From the IMG/VR virus record IMGVR_UViG_3300022173_000099, positions 1 to 30,246 of that record: a stretch of DNA of 30,246 nt. The stretch is one strand, 5' to 3'. Source of the DNA: a virus. Its lineage: Duplodnaviria; Caudoviricetes. The position numbers were made by a program, and so were the translations under genes. Numbering within the stretch: the stretch's first letter is position 1; every line of letters begins with the position of its first letter. The notes below the pieces were generated by a model that was given only the letters and a program-made list of their open reading frames with translations, was not told where the DNA came from and did no database searches. Positions 18,107 through 26,414 of this stretch are shown here, in pieces.

Positions 18107-19588
18107 ATGCTCGACTACGCCTACCGCACAGAGCCGTTCCCTCACCAAGCCACCGAGTTCCAGGCAACGCGCGAGCGCGAACACTGGGGCCTGTTCTGGG
18201 AGATGGGTGTGGCCAAGACCAAGGTGGTGGTCGATACCGCCTCCTGGCTCTGGATGACCGGCAAGATCGACGGCGTGCTGGTGATGGCCCCGGACGGGGT
18301 TCACACGCAGTGGGTTGACGACGAGATCCCCAAGCACGCTCCGCTGCAGGTCCTCGACTCGCTCGACCGCTTCGTGTGGTTCACCTCGAAGGCGAACAAC
18401 AAGGGCTTCCAGGCCGATTGGACCAAGTTCCTGAAGCGCCCGCGTCCGGCCGGTCTCTCCGTCCTGACGATGACGTACCACTCGCTGATGACCGAGACCG
18501 GCGCGCACGCGGCCAAGGCGTTCCTGACGGGCCGCCGGGTCCTCCTCGTCCTTGACGAGACGACCGTGATCAAGACCCCGGGGGCGAAGGTCACGAAGCG
18601 GGTCCTGGCCATGTCGAAGTACGCCCCCTACAGGCGGGTCCTCAACGGGACCCCGGGGACTGACTCCCCCTTCGAGTTCTACAGCCAGATCAAGGTCCTG
18701 AACCCGGAGGCGTGGAAGCCCCTCGGCATCGACGGCTCCCAAGCGTTCAAAACCTACTTCGGTGTGTTCGAGCGCCGGATGAACGCAGCTCAGGGCCACC
18801 ACTACGACCACTTGGTGGCGTACCGGAACCTCCAGGACATGGCAGCGGTCGTCGCGGCGCACGGCTCGCGCCTCCTCAAGCGCGACGTGTTCCCCAACCT
18901 CCCTCCCAAGCTGTACTCCAAGGTGTACTTCGACCTGACGCCGAAGCAGCGGAAGGCGTACGACGACCTCAAGGAGGAGTTCCGAACGTGGATGGAGAAC
19001 GGCGACCTGGTGACCGCTGACCTGGCCATCGTCCGCCTCACCCGCCTCTCCCAGATCTGCTCCGGCTACCTCCCCGCCGACGGCGACGACGAGCCCACCG
19101 CGCTCGTCGATCCGAAGGACAACCCGAGGATCCAGCTGCTCCAACAGGTCGTTGAGGACACGCCGAGCAAGTTCATCGTCTGGGGCCGGTATGATATCGA
19201 CATCGACTTGATCAGTGCGCTCCTGTCCCGCTTGGGCATTCTCCACGTGACCTGGGACGGTCGAACCTCGGAGGAGGACCGCCGGACCGCCAAGCACCGC
19301 TTCGTCGAGGGCGACGCGCGCGCCTTCATCGCCAAGGCGTCCTCGTCGGCCGGTCGAGGTCTCAACCTGCAGGTCGCCGACACCGTCATCTACTACAACA
19401 ACTCCTTCGTGGCGGACGACCGGCTGCAGTCCGAGGACCGCGCCCACCGCCCCGGAATCCACCATCCGGTGAAATACATCGACCTGATCGGCAAGGGCAC
19501 CATCGACCAGAGGATTGTGGATGCCTTGCGCAAGAAGCGCGAGACCGCCGCTATCGTCACGGGTGACTCGCTTGCGGACTGGATCTGA
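18107..19588 (+). CDS. SNF2-family (SF2) DNA helicase
   Basis: PFPHQ Q-motif, EMGVAKT (motif I), LDET (II), LNGTP (III), GRGLNL (V), QSEDRAHR (VI). ATG 18107 preferred over TTG 18008. Confidence 0.88.
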   Translation: MLDYAYRTEPFPHQATEFQATREREHWGLFWEMGVAKTKVVVDTASWLWMTGKIDGVLVMAPDGVHTQWVDDEIPKHAPLQVLDSLDRFVWFTSKANNKGFQADWTKFLKRPRPAGLSVLTMTYHSLMTETGAHAAKAFLTGRRVLLVLDETTVIKTPGAKVTKRVLAMSKYAPYRRVLNGTPGTDSPFEFYSQIKVLNPEAWKPLGIDGSQAFKTYFGVFERRMNAAQGHHYDHLVAYRNLQDMAAVVAAHGSRLLKRDVFPNLPPKLYSKVYFDLTPKQRKAYDDLKEEFRTWMENGDLVTADLAIVRLTRLSQICSGYLPADGDDEPTALVDPKDNPRIQLLQQVVEDTPSKFIVWGRYDIDIDLISALLSRLGILHVTWDGRTSEEDRRTAKHRFVEGDARAFIAKASSSAGRGLNLQVADTVIYYNNSFVADDRLQSEDRAHRPGIHHPVKYIDLIGKGTIDQRIVDALRKKRETAAIVTGDSLADWI

Positions 19589-19600
19589 CCACGGTACAAT
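19572..19600 (+). promoter_or_regulatory. Sigma70-type promoter
   Basis: TTGCGG (19572-77), 17 bp spacer, TACAAT (19595-600), at the helicase 3' end and upstream of 19707. Confidence 0.6.
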
Positions 19601-19706
19601 TCGATCCGTCGAACGCGGAGGGTTGGGGCTGAAAGCCGTCAAGGCGAACCCGTAACCTTGGCCCGCCTCGTTCGACTCTGAACAACGACTCACCACGAAG
19701 GAAGCC

Positions 19707-20291
19707 ATGGCCACCAAACCTGACGACTACGCCGCATTCGCCGACGCCGCACCCTCCACCGAAGGGCTCGCGGACCTCTCCAAGACCGCCATCGAGCTGT
19801 ACGAGGCGGAGATGGAAGTGTCCCGCTGCGAGGCCGCGCTGAAGGCCGCACAGAAGAAGGTCGCAGACATCTCCGAGAACGTCCTGCCCGGCCTCTTCGA
19901 GGCGGTCGGTCTGGAGGAGATCAAGCTGGCGAACGGGACCAAGCTCAAGGTCGAGTCGGTCCTGACGCTCGGCTCGGTGACCAAGAAGCCCGAAGTGCTC
20001 AAGTGGTTGGAGGACACCGGCAACAGCGGTCTCATCAAGCGCACGCTCGCGGTCGCCCTCGGGAAGGACGCCGATGAAGCCGAGGCCGCGCTCATCAAGG
20101 AGCTGGCCGAAGAGGGCTACACCGACGTGTCCGCCCTGCGATGGGTCGAGGCCCAGACGCTCAAGGCCCACGTCAAGAAGCAACTCGAAGCCGGAGCCGA
20201 GGTCAACATGGACCTCCTCGGAGCCCGCGAGTTCAAGCGCGCCAAGATCACCGGGAAGCCGCAAGACGGCAGCTCGGCGTTCGGGGAATAG
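19707..20291 (+). CDS. Conserved phage replication-module protein of unknown function
   Basis: AAGGAAG SD. N-terminal coiled coil, then LP..F...GL.EIKL.NG, WLE..G..GLIK and V.AQTLKA motifs seen in phage genes next to SSB/helicase genes. Confidence 0.7.
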   Translation: MATKPDDYAAFADAAPSTEGLADLSKTAIELYEAEMEVSRCEAALKAAQKKVADISENVLPGLFEAVGLEEIKLANGTKLKVESVLTLGSVTKKPEVLKWLEDTGNSGLIKRTLAVALGKDADEAEAALIKELAEEGYTDVSALRWVEAQTLKAHVKKQLEAGAEVNMDLLGAREFKRAKITGKPQDGSSAFGE

Positions 20292-20365
20292 TTCCCCACC
20301 GTCCCTTGGGGCTGGAGGACGTGAAAGAGTCCGGCACCCGCAACCTGTTACGAGATCAAACCATC

Positions 20366-21256
20366 ATGGCCGAACCGAAGTCCGAAACGAAGGCACCCAA
20401 GAAGGGCGCCAAGACCGAAACCGCCGTGGCTGTCAAGCCTCCGGCGGGAGCCCTCGTCCCCTCCTACGGGGAGCAGTTCGAGGGCGCGGGTTGGGAGAAC
20501 ACCGACAAGGGTGACTTCCAGATCCCGTTCCTCAACCAGCTCCAAGCCCTCTCGCCCCAGTGCGAGGACGGCGGTGAGCGTCAGGTCGAGGGCGCGAAGC
20601 CCGGCATGTTCTTCAACTCCGTCACGCTGGACCTGTACGACGGTCCGGTGCATCTCCTGATCGCGCTGACCAAGCACTCCTTCGTCGAGTGGCGTCCGCA
20701 GGACTCGGGTGGTGGCTTCGTCGCGGAGCACGACGTGCTCTCGGACGTGGTGGCCAAGGCGAAGGAAGTGGCGGGCTCGACCGAGAACCCGCGCGACCTC
20801 AAGACCCCGGCCGGCAACGAGCTGGTCGAGACCTACCAGGTGTTCGCCCTCCTCCTCGACTCGCCGGACGCGACCGAGTTCAAGGATCAGGTCGTCATCT
20901 CCTTCTCCAAGACCAAGATCAAGCGCTACAAGCAGATCATGACCAGGCTCCGCACGTTCAAGGGAAGCAACCGCATCCCGCTGTTCGCGCACCGCCTGAC
21001 CATGACGAGCACCAACGAGAAGAACGCGGCGGGCAAGCCCTTCAAGAACGTCCAGCTGACCCCGGCGGTCGGCGGCGACGTGGGGCAGAGCCTCCTCGCG
21101 GCGGACAGCCCGCTCTTGGAGCTGGCCAACGGTCTCCGTGAGGCGATCGTCGGCGGCGTGGCCAAGGCCAACTTCGACTCGGCGGCGGCCCCCACCTCGG
21201 GCGGCGGCAAGGACGAAGAGGCGGATGAGGTGTTCGGCGAAGGCAAGAAGGCCTGA
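20366..21256 (+). CDS. Putative single-stranded DNA-binding/annealing protein
   Basis: DFQIPFL..LQALSPQ...GAKPGMFFNSVT...F.EW.P...GGGFV motif, acidic C-terminus (DEEADEVF), position between the helicases. Confidence 0.55.
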   Translation: MAEPKSETKAPKKGAKTETAVAVKPPAGALVPSYGEQFEGAGWENTDKGDFQIPFLNQLQALSPQCEDGGERQVEGAKPGMFFNSVTLDLYDGPVHLLIALTKHSFVEWRPQDSGGGFVAEHDVLSDVVAKAKEVAGSTENPRDLKTPAGNELVETYQVFALLLDSPDATEFKDQVVISFSKTKIKRYKQIMTRLRTFKGSNRIPLFAHRLTMTSTNEKNAAGKPFKNVQLTPAVGGDVGQSLLAADSPLLELANGLREAIVGGVAKANFDSAAAPTSGGGKDEEADEVFGEGKKA

Positions 21257-21529
21257 GCACACGACCCAGCCTGGCGGCTGTAGGATCGGGGTCAGTCGAG
21301 AGGGGCACCGCCAGCGCTCCTCCCGACTAGCAGCTGGGGCCGTCATGTTGGTCTCCGGGGGCGGGCCATACCCAGTAGCCTCCACCAAACCACCTCGGGG
21401 CGCAAGTCCCGAGGCTGAGAGCGGCCCCGGTCGCGCGGCCGGGGAGAGACCTCCTGTTGATCCGAAGGGCGTGGCCTCGGGGAAGGGGAATGGAACGGGC
21501 CGTCCACGCCGGTCCACCAGAACAAACCG

Positions 21530-22768
21530 ATGGAAGCCAAACAGATGGAGTGGTCGAAGCAGCAGCGCGCGGCGCTGGACGCGGTTCGAGCTTGGCTCGA
21601 CGGCCGCGACCGGGGAACGGATCCGCGCCAGTGCTTCTACCTCGCGGGCTTCGCGGGCTCCGGCAAGACGACGCTGGCGCGAGAGTTCGCCTTGGGCACC
21701 GGCCTCCAGGTCGTGTTCGGGGCCTACACCGGGAAGGCCGCCCTGGTCCTCCAGAAGAAGGGCTGCCCCGAGGCGCGGACGATCCACAGCCTCATCTACG
21801 TCCCCGTCACCAAGTCCAAGCGCGCGCTCCTCGACCTCACCGAGGAGTTCGAGCAGACTCCCGAGGAGGACACGCAGCGCCGAGCTGAGCTGCAGCTGGC
21901 GATCGAGGACGAGCAACGACGCCTGAAGGCTCCGGCCTTCTCCAAGAACGAGGAGGGCTCCGACCTCCACAACCAGGACCTCGTGGTCATCGACGAGTGC
22001 TCGATGGTCGATGGTCAGATGGGAGAGGACCTGCTGTCGTTCAAGAAGCCGGTCCTTGTCTTGGGCGACCCCGCCCAGCTCCCTCCCGTGGGCAAGGGCA
22101 CGGGCTTCTTCACCGCGCGCGAGCCCGACTTCATGCTCACCGAGGTCCACCGCCAAGCGGCCGGGTCCCCGGTCCTCAAGATGGCCACGACGGTTCGGAG
22201 CGGCGGCACGCTCGACCTCGGCGACTACGGCGGAGGCTCCCAGGTGTTGCCCAAGAAGGGGCTCAGCATCGAGGAGGCCATGGCCTTCGATCAGATCATC
22301 TGCGGGAAGAACGAGACCCGGCGGGCGATCAACAAGGCGGTCCGCGCGCACCTCGGTCGCGGCGCGGGTCTGCTCCCCGTTCCCGGAGACAAGCTCATCT
22401 GCCTCCGCAACGACAAGGAATCCAAGCTGCTCAACGGCTCCTTCTGGATCGTCCTCTCCAGCCACGAAGAGGAGGACGGCGACACGCTCCGCCTCGCGCT
22501 CCGCGACCCCGACGACTCCGAAGCGCCCGCGCTCGTCGTCATGGCGCACCGCCATCACTTCGAGGGCCGAGACCTCCCGTGGTTCAAGGCGCGCGAGGCG
22601 CAGGAGTTCGACTACGGCTATGCGATCACCTGCCACAAGAGCCAGGGATCCCAGTGGAACAACGTCCTCATCTACGATCAGTCGGCGTGCTTCCGTCAGG
22701 ACCGACGGAAGTGGTTGTACACGGCGCTGACGCGCGCGGCGGAAGCGGTCACGATCGTGAGAATGTGA
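21530..22768 (+). CDS. Dda/RecD-like SF1B DNA helicase
   Basis: GFAGSGKTT, AYTGKAA, TIHSLIY, IDECSM, LGDPAQLPPV, LTEVHRQ, YAITCHKSQGSQW, LYTALTRA. Confidence 0.92.
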   Translation: MEAKQMEWSKQQRAALDAVRAWLDGRDRGTDPRQCFYLAGFAGSGKTTLAREFALGTGLQVVFGAYTGKAALVLQKKGCPEARTIHSLIYVPVTKSKRALLDLTEEFEQTPEEDTQRRAELQLAIEDEQRRLKAPAFSKNEEGSDLHNQDLVVIDECSMVDGQMGEDLLSFKKPVLVLGDPAQLPPVGKGTGFFTAREPDFMLTEVHRQAAGSPVLKMATTVRSGGTLDLGDYGGGSQVLPKKGLSIEEAMAFDQIICGKNETRRAINKAVRAHLGRGAGLLPVPGDKLICLRNDKESKLLNGSFWIVLSSHEEEDGDTLRLALRDPDDSEAPALVVMAHRHHFEGRDLPWFKAREAQEFDYGYAITCHKSQGSQWNNVLIYDQSACFRQDRRKWLYTALTRAAEAVTIVRM

Positions 22769-24615
22769 TGTTCATCGCCTATCCGGACTCCCTCCCGCCG
22801 CGCTACAACGCCGGTACTCGTTGCGACGCGCTGAGCGGCCCCTGCGCCTGCGGTGCCTGGCACGAGCTTCCACCGCAACCCCTAGCCAGAACACCGCGCA
22901 AGATGATTGGCCCCCAGCTCCCGTTCTCGGACAACCTGCACGCCTCCAAGTACCGCTCCCCCGGGGAGTCCTTCGGCGAGTCGCAGGACCGTGTGGCCTC
23001 GGCCCTGACCACGACCCCGGACCAGTACCAGGCGACCAGGGAGATCATGCGGGGCATGCGCTTCATGGCAGGAGGTCGCGTCCAGAGCGCGGCCGGAGCG
23101 CCGAAGGTCACGACCCCCTACAATTGCTTCGTCTCGGGTCCGATCGCGGACAGCTTCGTCCACGGCGACGGCTGCATCATGGACCGCGCGAAGGAGGCCG
23201 CCGCGACGATGCGGATGGGAGGCGGGATCGGCTACGACTTCTCGACCCTGCGCCCGCGCGGGGCGACCATCAAGAAGCTCGGCAGCGTCTCGTCCGGCCC
23301 GGTCGCCTTCATGGACATCTTCAACGCGGTCTGCCACTGCACCGCAAGCTCGGGGAACCGGCGCGGCGCACAGATGGGCGTCCTCCGCGTCGATCACCCG
23401 GACATCGTGGAGTTCATCCAGGCCAAGCAGAACGAGACCCGCCTGACGGGCTTCAACGTCTCGGTCGCGGTGACGGACGAGTTCATGCGCGCGGTCCGCG
23501 ACGGCTCGACCTTCGACCTCCGCTGGGGCGGCGAGACCTGGGAGACGATCGACGCCCGGAACCTCTGGGACATGATCATGCGTTCGACCTACTCGTGGGC
23601 CGAGCCGGGCGTGCTCTTCATCGACCGGATCAACGAGCAGAACAACCTCGCGTACTGCGAGACGATCGTGGCGACCAACCCGTGCGGTGAGCAGCCCCTC
23701 CCGCCTTTTGGCGCCTGCCTCTTGGGCAGCTTCAACCTCGCCCAGTACATCGAGACGTACGACCACGGTGGAGCGCTCGGCTACGTGTTCAACCGGAGCC
23801 GGTTCGCCCACGACATCCCTCTGGTCGTCCGAGCGATGGACCGGGTGGTGGACGTGGCGCATTTCCCGATGAAGGAACAACAGGTGGAGGCGCTGTCGAA
23901 GCGGAGGATGGGGCTCGGCGTCACCGCGCTCGCCAACGCGGGCGAAGCCCTCGGCCACCCCTACGGCGGCAACAACTTCCTGACCTTCGAGGAGATGGTG
24001 CTCACGATCCTTCGTGACGAGGCGTATCGGGCCTCGGCGCTCCTCGCCAAGGAGCTGGGGCCGTTCCCGTTGTTCAAGCGGGACGAGTACCTGGCCCGGC
24101 CGTTCATCCAGACGCTGCCCAAGGACATCCGCGAGCTGATCGCCCAACACGGGATCCGCAACAGCCACCTCCTCTCGATCGCCCCGACGGGGACCATCAG
24201 CCTCTGCGCGGACAACGTGTCGTCCGGGATCGAGCCGGTGTTCAGCTACACGCAGAAGCGGGTCGTCAAGACCACCGACGGCGAGGAGACGCACGAGCTG
24301 GAGGACTACGGCGTGCGCGTGTTCGGGATCCGAGGCCGCCGAGCCGAGGAGGTCTCCCCGCAGGAGCACCTGAACGTCCTGGCGATGGCCCAACGGTACG
24401 TGGACAGCTCGGTCTCCAAGACCATCAACCTCCCGGCGGACATCCCGTGGGAGTCCTTCAAGCTGGTCTACATGAACGCCTGGGAGCAAGGCTGCAAGGG
24501 CTGCACGACGTACCGGCCGGGGAAGCGGGGAGCGGTCCTCACCTCGGCGGACGACGACCTGCGCCCCTCGACCTGCTCCCTCGATCCGGTCACCGGCAGA
24601 AGCAATTGCGAGTAG
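22768..24615 (+). CDS. nrdJ: Ribonucleotide reductase, probably class II (adenosylcobalamin-dependent)
   Basis: NCFV, GGGIGYDFSTLRPRG, RRGAQM, TNPCGEQPL, CLLGSFNL, SIAPTGTIS, SVSKTIN and a C-terminal Cys pair. No beta-subunit gene adjacent. Start is 22768 (TGATG coupling) or 22903. Confidence 0.88.
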   Translation: MFIAYPDSLPPRYNAGTRCDALSGPCACGAWHELPPQPLARTPRKMIGPQLPFSDNLHASKYRSPGESFGESQDRVASALTTTPDQYQATREIMRGMRFMAGGRVQSAAGAPKVTTPYNCFVSGPIADSFVHGDGCIMDRAKEAAATMRMGGGIGYDFSTLRPRGATIKKLGSVSSGPVAFMDIFNAVCHCTASSGNRRGAQMGVLRVDHPDIVEFIQAKQNETRLTGFNVSVAVTDEFMRAVRDGSTFDLRWGGETWETIDARNLWDMIMRSTYSWAEPGVLFIDRINEQNNLAYCETIVATNPCGEQPLPPFGACLLGSFNLAQYIETYDHGGALGYVFNRSRFAHDIPLVVRAMDRVVDVAHFPMKEQQVEALSKRRMGLGVTALANAGEALGHPYGGNNFLTFEEMVLTILRDEAYRASALLAKELGPFPLFKRDEYLARPFIQTLPKDIRELIAQHGIRNSHLLSIAPTGTISLCADNVSSGIEPVFSYTQKRVVKTTDGEETHELEDYGVRVFGIRGRRAEEVSPQEHLNVLAMAQRYVDSSVSKTINLPADIPWESFKLVYMNAWEQGCKGCTTYRPGKRGAVLTSADDDLRPSTCSLDPVTGRSNCE

Positions 24616-24634
24616 CGCGCGAGCGCGGTAGGAT
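24606..24634 (+). promoter_or_regulatory. Sigma70-type promoter, probably producing a leaderless mRNA
   Basis: TTGCGA (24606-11), 17 bp spacer, TAGGAT (24629-34). The GTG start begins 7 nt after the -10 box. Confidence 0.55.
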
Positions 24635-24640
24635 TCACCC

Positions 24641-25501
24641 GTGAAGTACGATCAACTCAGCGTCGAGGCGTTCGGATCCGCGCTCCTGGAGACCCAGGAC
24701 CTGGATCCCATCTACGTCGGCCTCAACGGGGCCAAGCTCGACGACGTGCAGCGCAACCGCTGGCTCCTCGCCTACTGGTGCCTGTACGACGCGGGCTCGG
24801 CGTGCTTCATGGCGGAGCAGCGGACGGCGGAGGGCTTCTGGACCTACCTCCAGGCCGCCGCGATGAATCACGAGGTCGTCCCCGCTCCGATCGGCGGGCG
24901 CTGGAGGCGCGCGGCGGAGCGGAGGCACTGGCGCGGCGAGAACGCCATCAAGTCCTACGCCTACCTCCGCGAGCGCTACAAGATGTACCCCGAGGACATG
25001 GCGGCCTACTGCGCTCAGGGCAAGGGTCCGCTCCTCCCGGGGATGCCGCCCGAGACCTTCGCGGCGGTGATGAAGCGCGCGCAGGAGCACGTCGCCTTCG
25101 GTCCCTGGATCGGCTTCAAGGTCGCCGACATGGTGGAGCGTTGTATGGGCGTCCCGGTCTCATTCGACGAGGCCGCCCTGGCGTTGTTCGATTCCCCCGC
25201 CGAGGCGGCGGCGATCGTGTACGCCGAGAAGTTCCCCGGGATCGAGCCCAACTCGAAGGCGACCCCGCTCCTCTGGAGCTGCGCGTACCTCAAGGACCAG
25301 TTCAAGGACCGGAAGGCTCCGCCCGCGCTCGATCGAGCGGTGGGCTTGCAGGAGGTCGAGACGATCCTGTGTAAGTGGAAGAGCCACCGCAACGGGCACT
25401 ACCCCGTCGGCAACGACACGGCGGAGATCCGCCACCACCTCAAACCCTGGCTGCCTCACTCGGCCATCGCGTCGCGGTTCTTCGCGGCCCTCCCCTCATG
25501 A
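24641..25501 (+). CDS. Amino acid:DNA transferase (aGPT-Pplase2-like; thymidine hypermodification)
   Basis: Motifs DLDPIY, WLLAYWCLYD.G.A, ERRHWRG, FGPWIGFKVADM, LQEVETILCKWK match my recollection of this glycosylase-fold family. Clustered with radical SAM and P-loop kinase genes. Confidence 0.8.
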   Translation: MKYDQLSVEAFGSALLETQDLDPIYVGLNGAKLDDVQRNRWLLAYWCLYDAGSACFMAEQRTAEGFWTYLQAAAMNHEVVPAPIGGRWRRAAERRHWRGENAIKSYAYLRERYKMYPEDMAAYCAQGKGPLLPGMPPETFAAVMKRAQEHVAFGPWIGFKVADMVERCMGVPVSFDEAALALFDSPAEAAAIVYAEKFPGIEPNSKATPLLWSCAYLKDQFKDRKAPPALDRAVGLQEVETILCKWKSHRNGHYPVGNDTAEIRHHLKPWLPHSAIASRFFAALPS

Positions 25502-26019
25502 GACTCCTCGGCTCGCGCCAAACGAAGAAGGTCACGGACTGGATGTTCTGGCGCTGGATGGACATCATCCCGCGAGGCCAGGACCGCTACTTGGTCCGCC
25601 TGTACCTCATCAACTGCCCCTGGTTCGGCCTCAAGCTCCACTGGTTCGAGGGACCGGACCCGGATCAGGACTGTCACGACCACCCTTGGTGGTTCCTCTC
25701 CTGGGTCCTCCGGGGAGGCTACACCGAGAAGCGGCAGGAGGTCGTCCACCCGTACGAGGGCTGCCTGCGGACCGAGGCCAAGCCGATGTGGGTCCGGTCG
25801 CAGTGGTTGGAGGTCCGCCGTCGCTGGTCCTGGTGCTTCCGCTCCCCGACCGACGTGCACTCCATCATCAAGATCGAGCCGAACACGATGACGTTCATCA
25901 TCAACGGCCCTCGGGTCCGCAGCTGGGGCTTCTGGGTCCCTGTGAAGTGGAGCGACAAGGTCCGCTTCGTCCCGTGGAAGAAGTACCTGGGGCTGGAAGA
26001 GTCCACCCCGGAAGTCTAA
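25498..26019 (+). CDS. Cupin-fold metalloprotein (cysteine dioxygenase-like phage family)
   Basis: ATGA overlap. LHWF..PD....HDHPW.F.S.VL.GGY.E motif plus a downstream H (DVHSI) and C-terminal G.R.R.WGF. Confidence 0.72.
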   Translation: MRLLGSRQTKKVTDWMFWRWMDIIPRGQDRYLVRLYLINCPWFGLKLHWFEGPDPDQDCHDHPWWFLSWVLRGGYTEKRQEVVHPYEGCLRTEAKPMWVRSQWLEVRRRWSWCFRSPTDVHSIIKIEPNTMTFIINGPRVRSWGFWVPVKWSDKVRFVPWKKYLGLEESTPEV

Positions 26020-26414
26020 TGGAAGCCACCACCGAACGCCGAAGAGGGAGCATGAAGATCATGTTGGTAACCATGCTCCAGTCCGAGGTTCCGGCCTCGA
26101 TCCCGTCCGACAACGTGCCCGAGCTGATCGCGGTCTGGCTCCGAGCCGATCCGAAGGACAAGAAGCGGATGACCACCTGGATGGATCGGGTGGAGGCCGA
26201 GAAGCTGGTCATGCGAGCGCACCGCGAGGGCTACCAAGTCCTCTGTCTCGGCCGCGACTGCCGCAACGCCTTCGAGTTCCGCGACACGGGGACGATCAAC
26301 CGGAACACGAGCCCGAAGGCGGGCGAGTGGTACGAGGTCCCGACCTCGGGGAGCCTCCCGGCCCTCCCGATCGCCTGGGTGGAGACCGGACGCCTCACGG
26401 AGTTCTTCGGTTGA
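26019..26414 (+). CDS. Hypothetical protein
   Basis: TAATG coupling at 26019, or an alternative ATG at 26052 with GGGAG SD. Fills the gap in the operon with phage-like codon usage. Confidence 0.65.
   Translation: MEATTERRRGSMKIMLVTMLQSEVPASIPSDNVPELIAVWLRADPKDKKRMTTWMDRVEAEKLVMRAHREGYQVLCLGRDCRNAFEFRDTGTINRNTSPKAGEWYEVPTSGSLPALPIAWVETGRLTEFFG

Noticed and set aside
19620-19655. Hammerhead-like CTGAAAGCC…GGCGAAC
   Set aside because: The core does not match CUGANGA/GAAA and no stem I can form.
21273-21387. tRNA or tmRNA gene ending in CCA
   Set aside because: No T-loop (TTCRA), D-arm or anticodon arm geometry, and no tag ORF. Kept only as a candidate structured RNA.
21997-22767. Long N-terminal extension of the RNR ORF as given in the track
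   Set aside because: It overlaps the Dda-like helicase in another frame and has low-complexity Arg/Gly/Pro content. The real start is 22768 or later. The same applies to the extended starts at 2439, 13663, 16994, 20141, 25375, 25686, 26327, 27171 and 29554.
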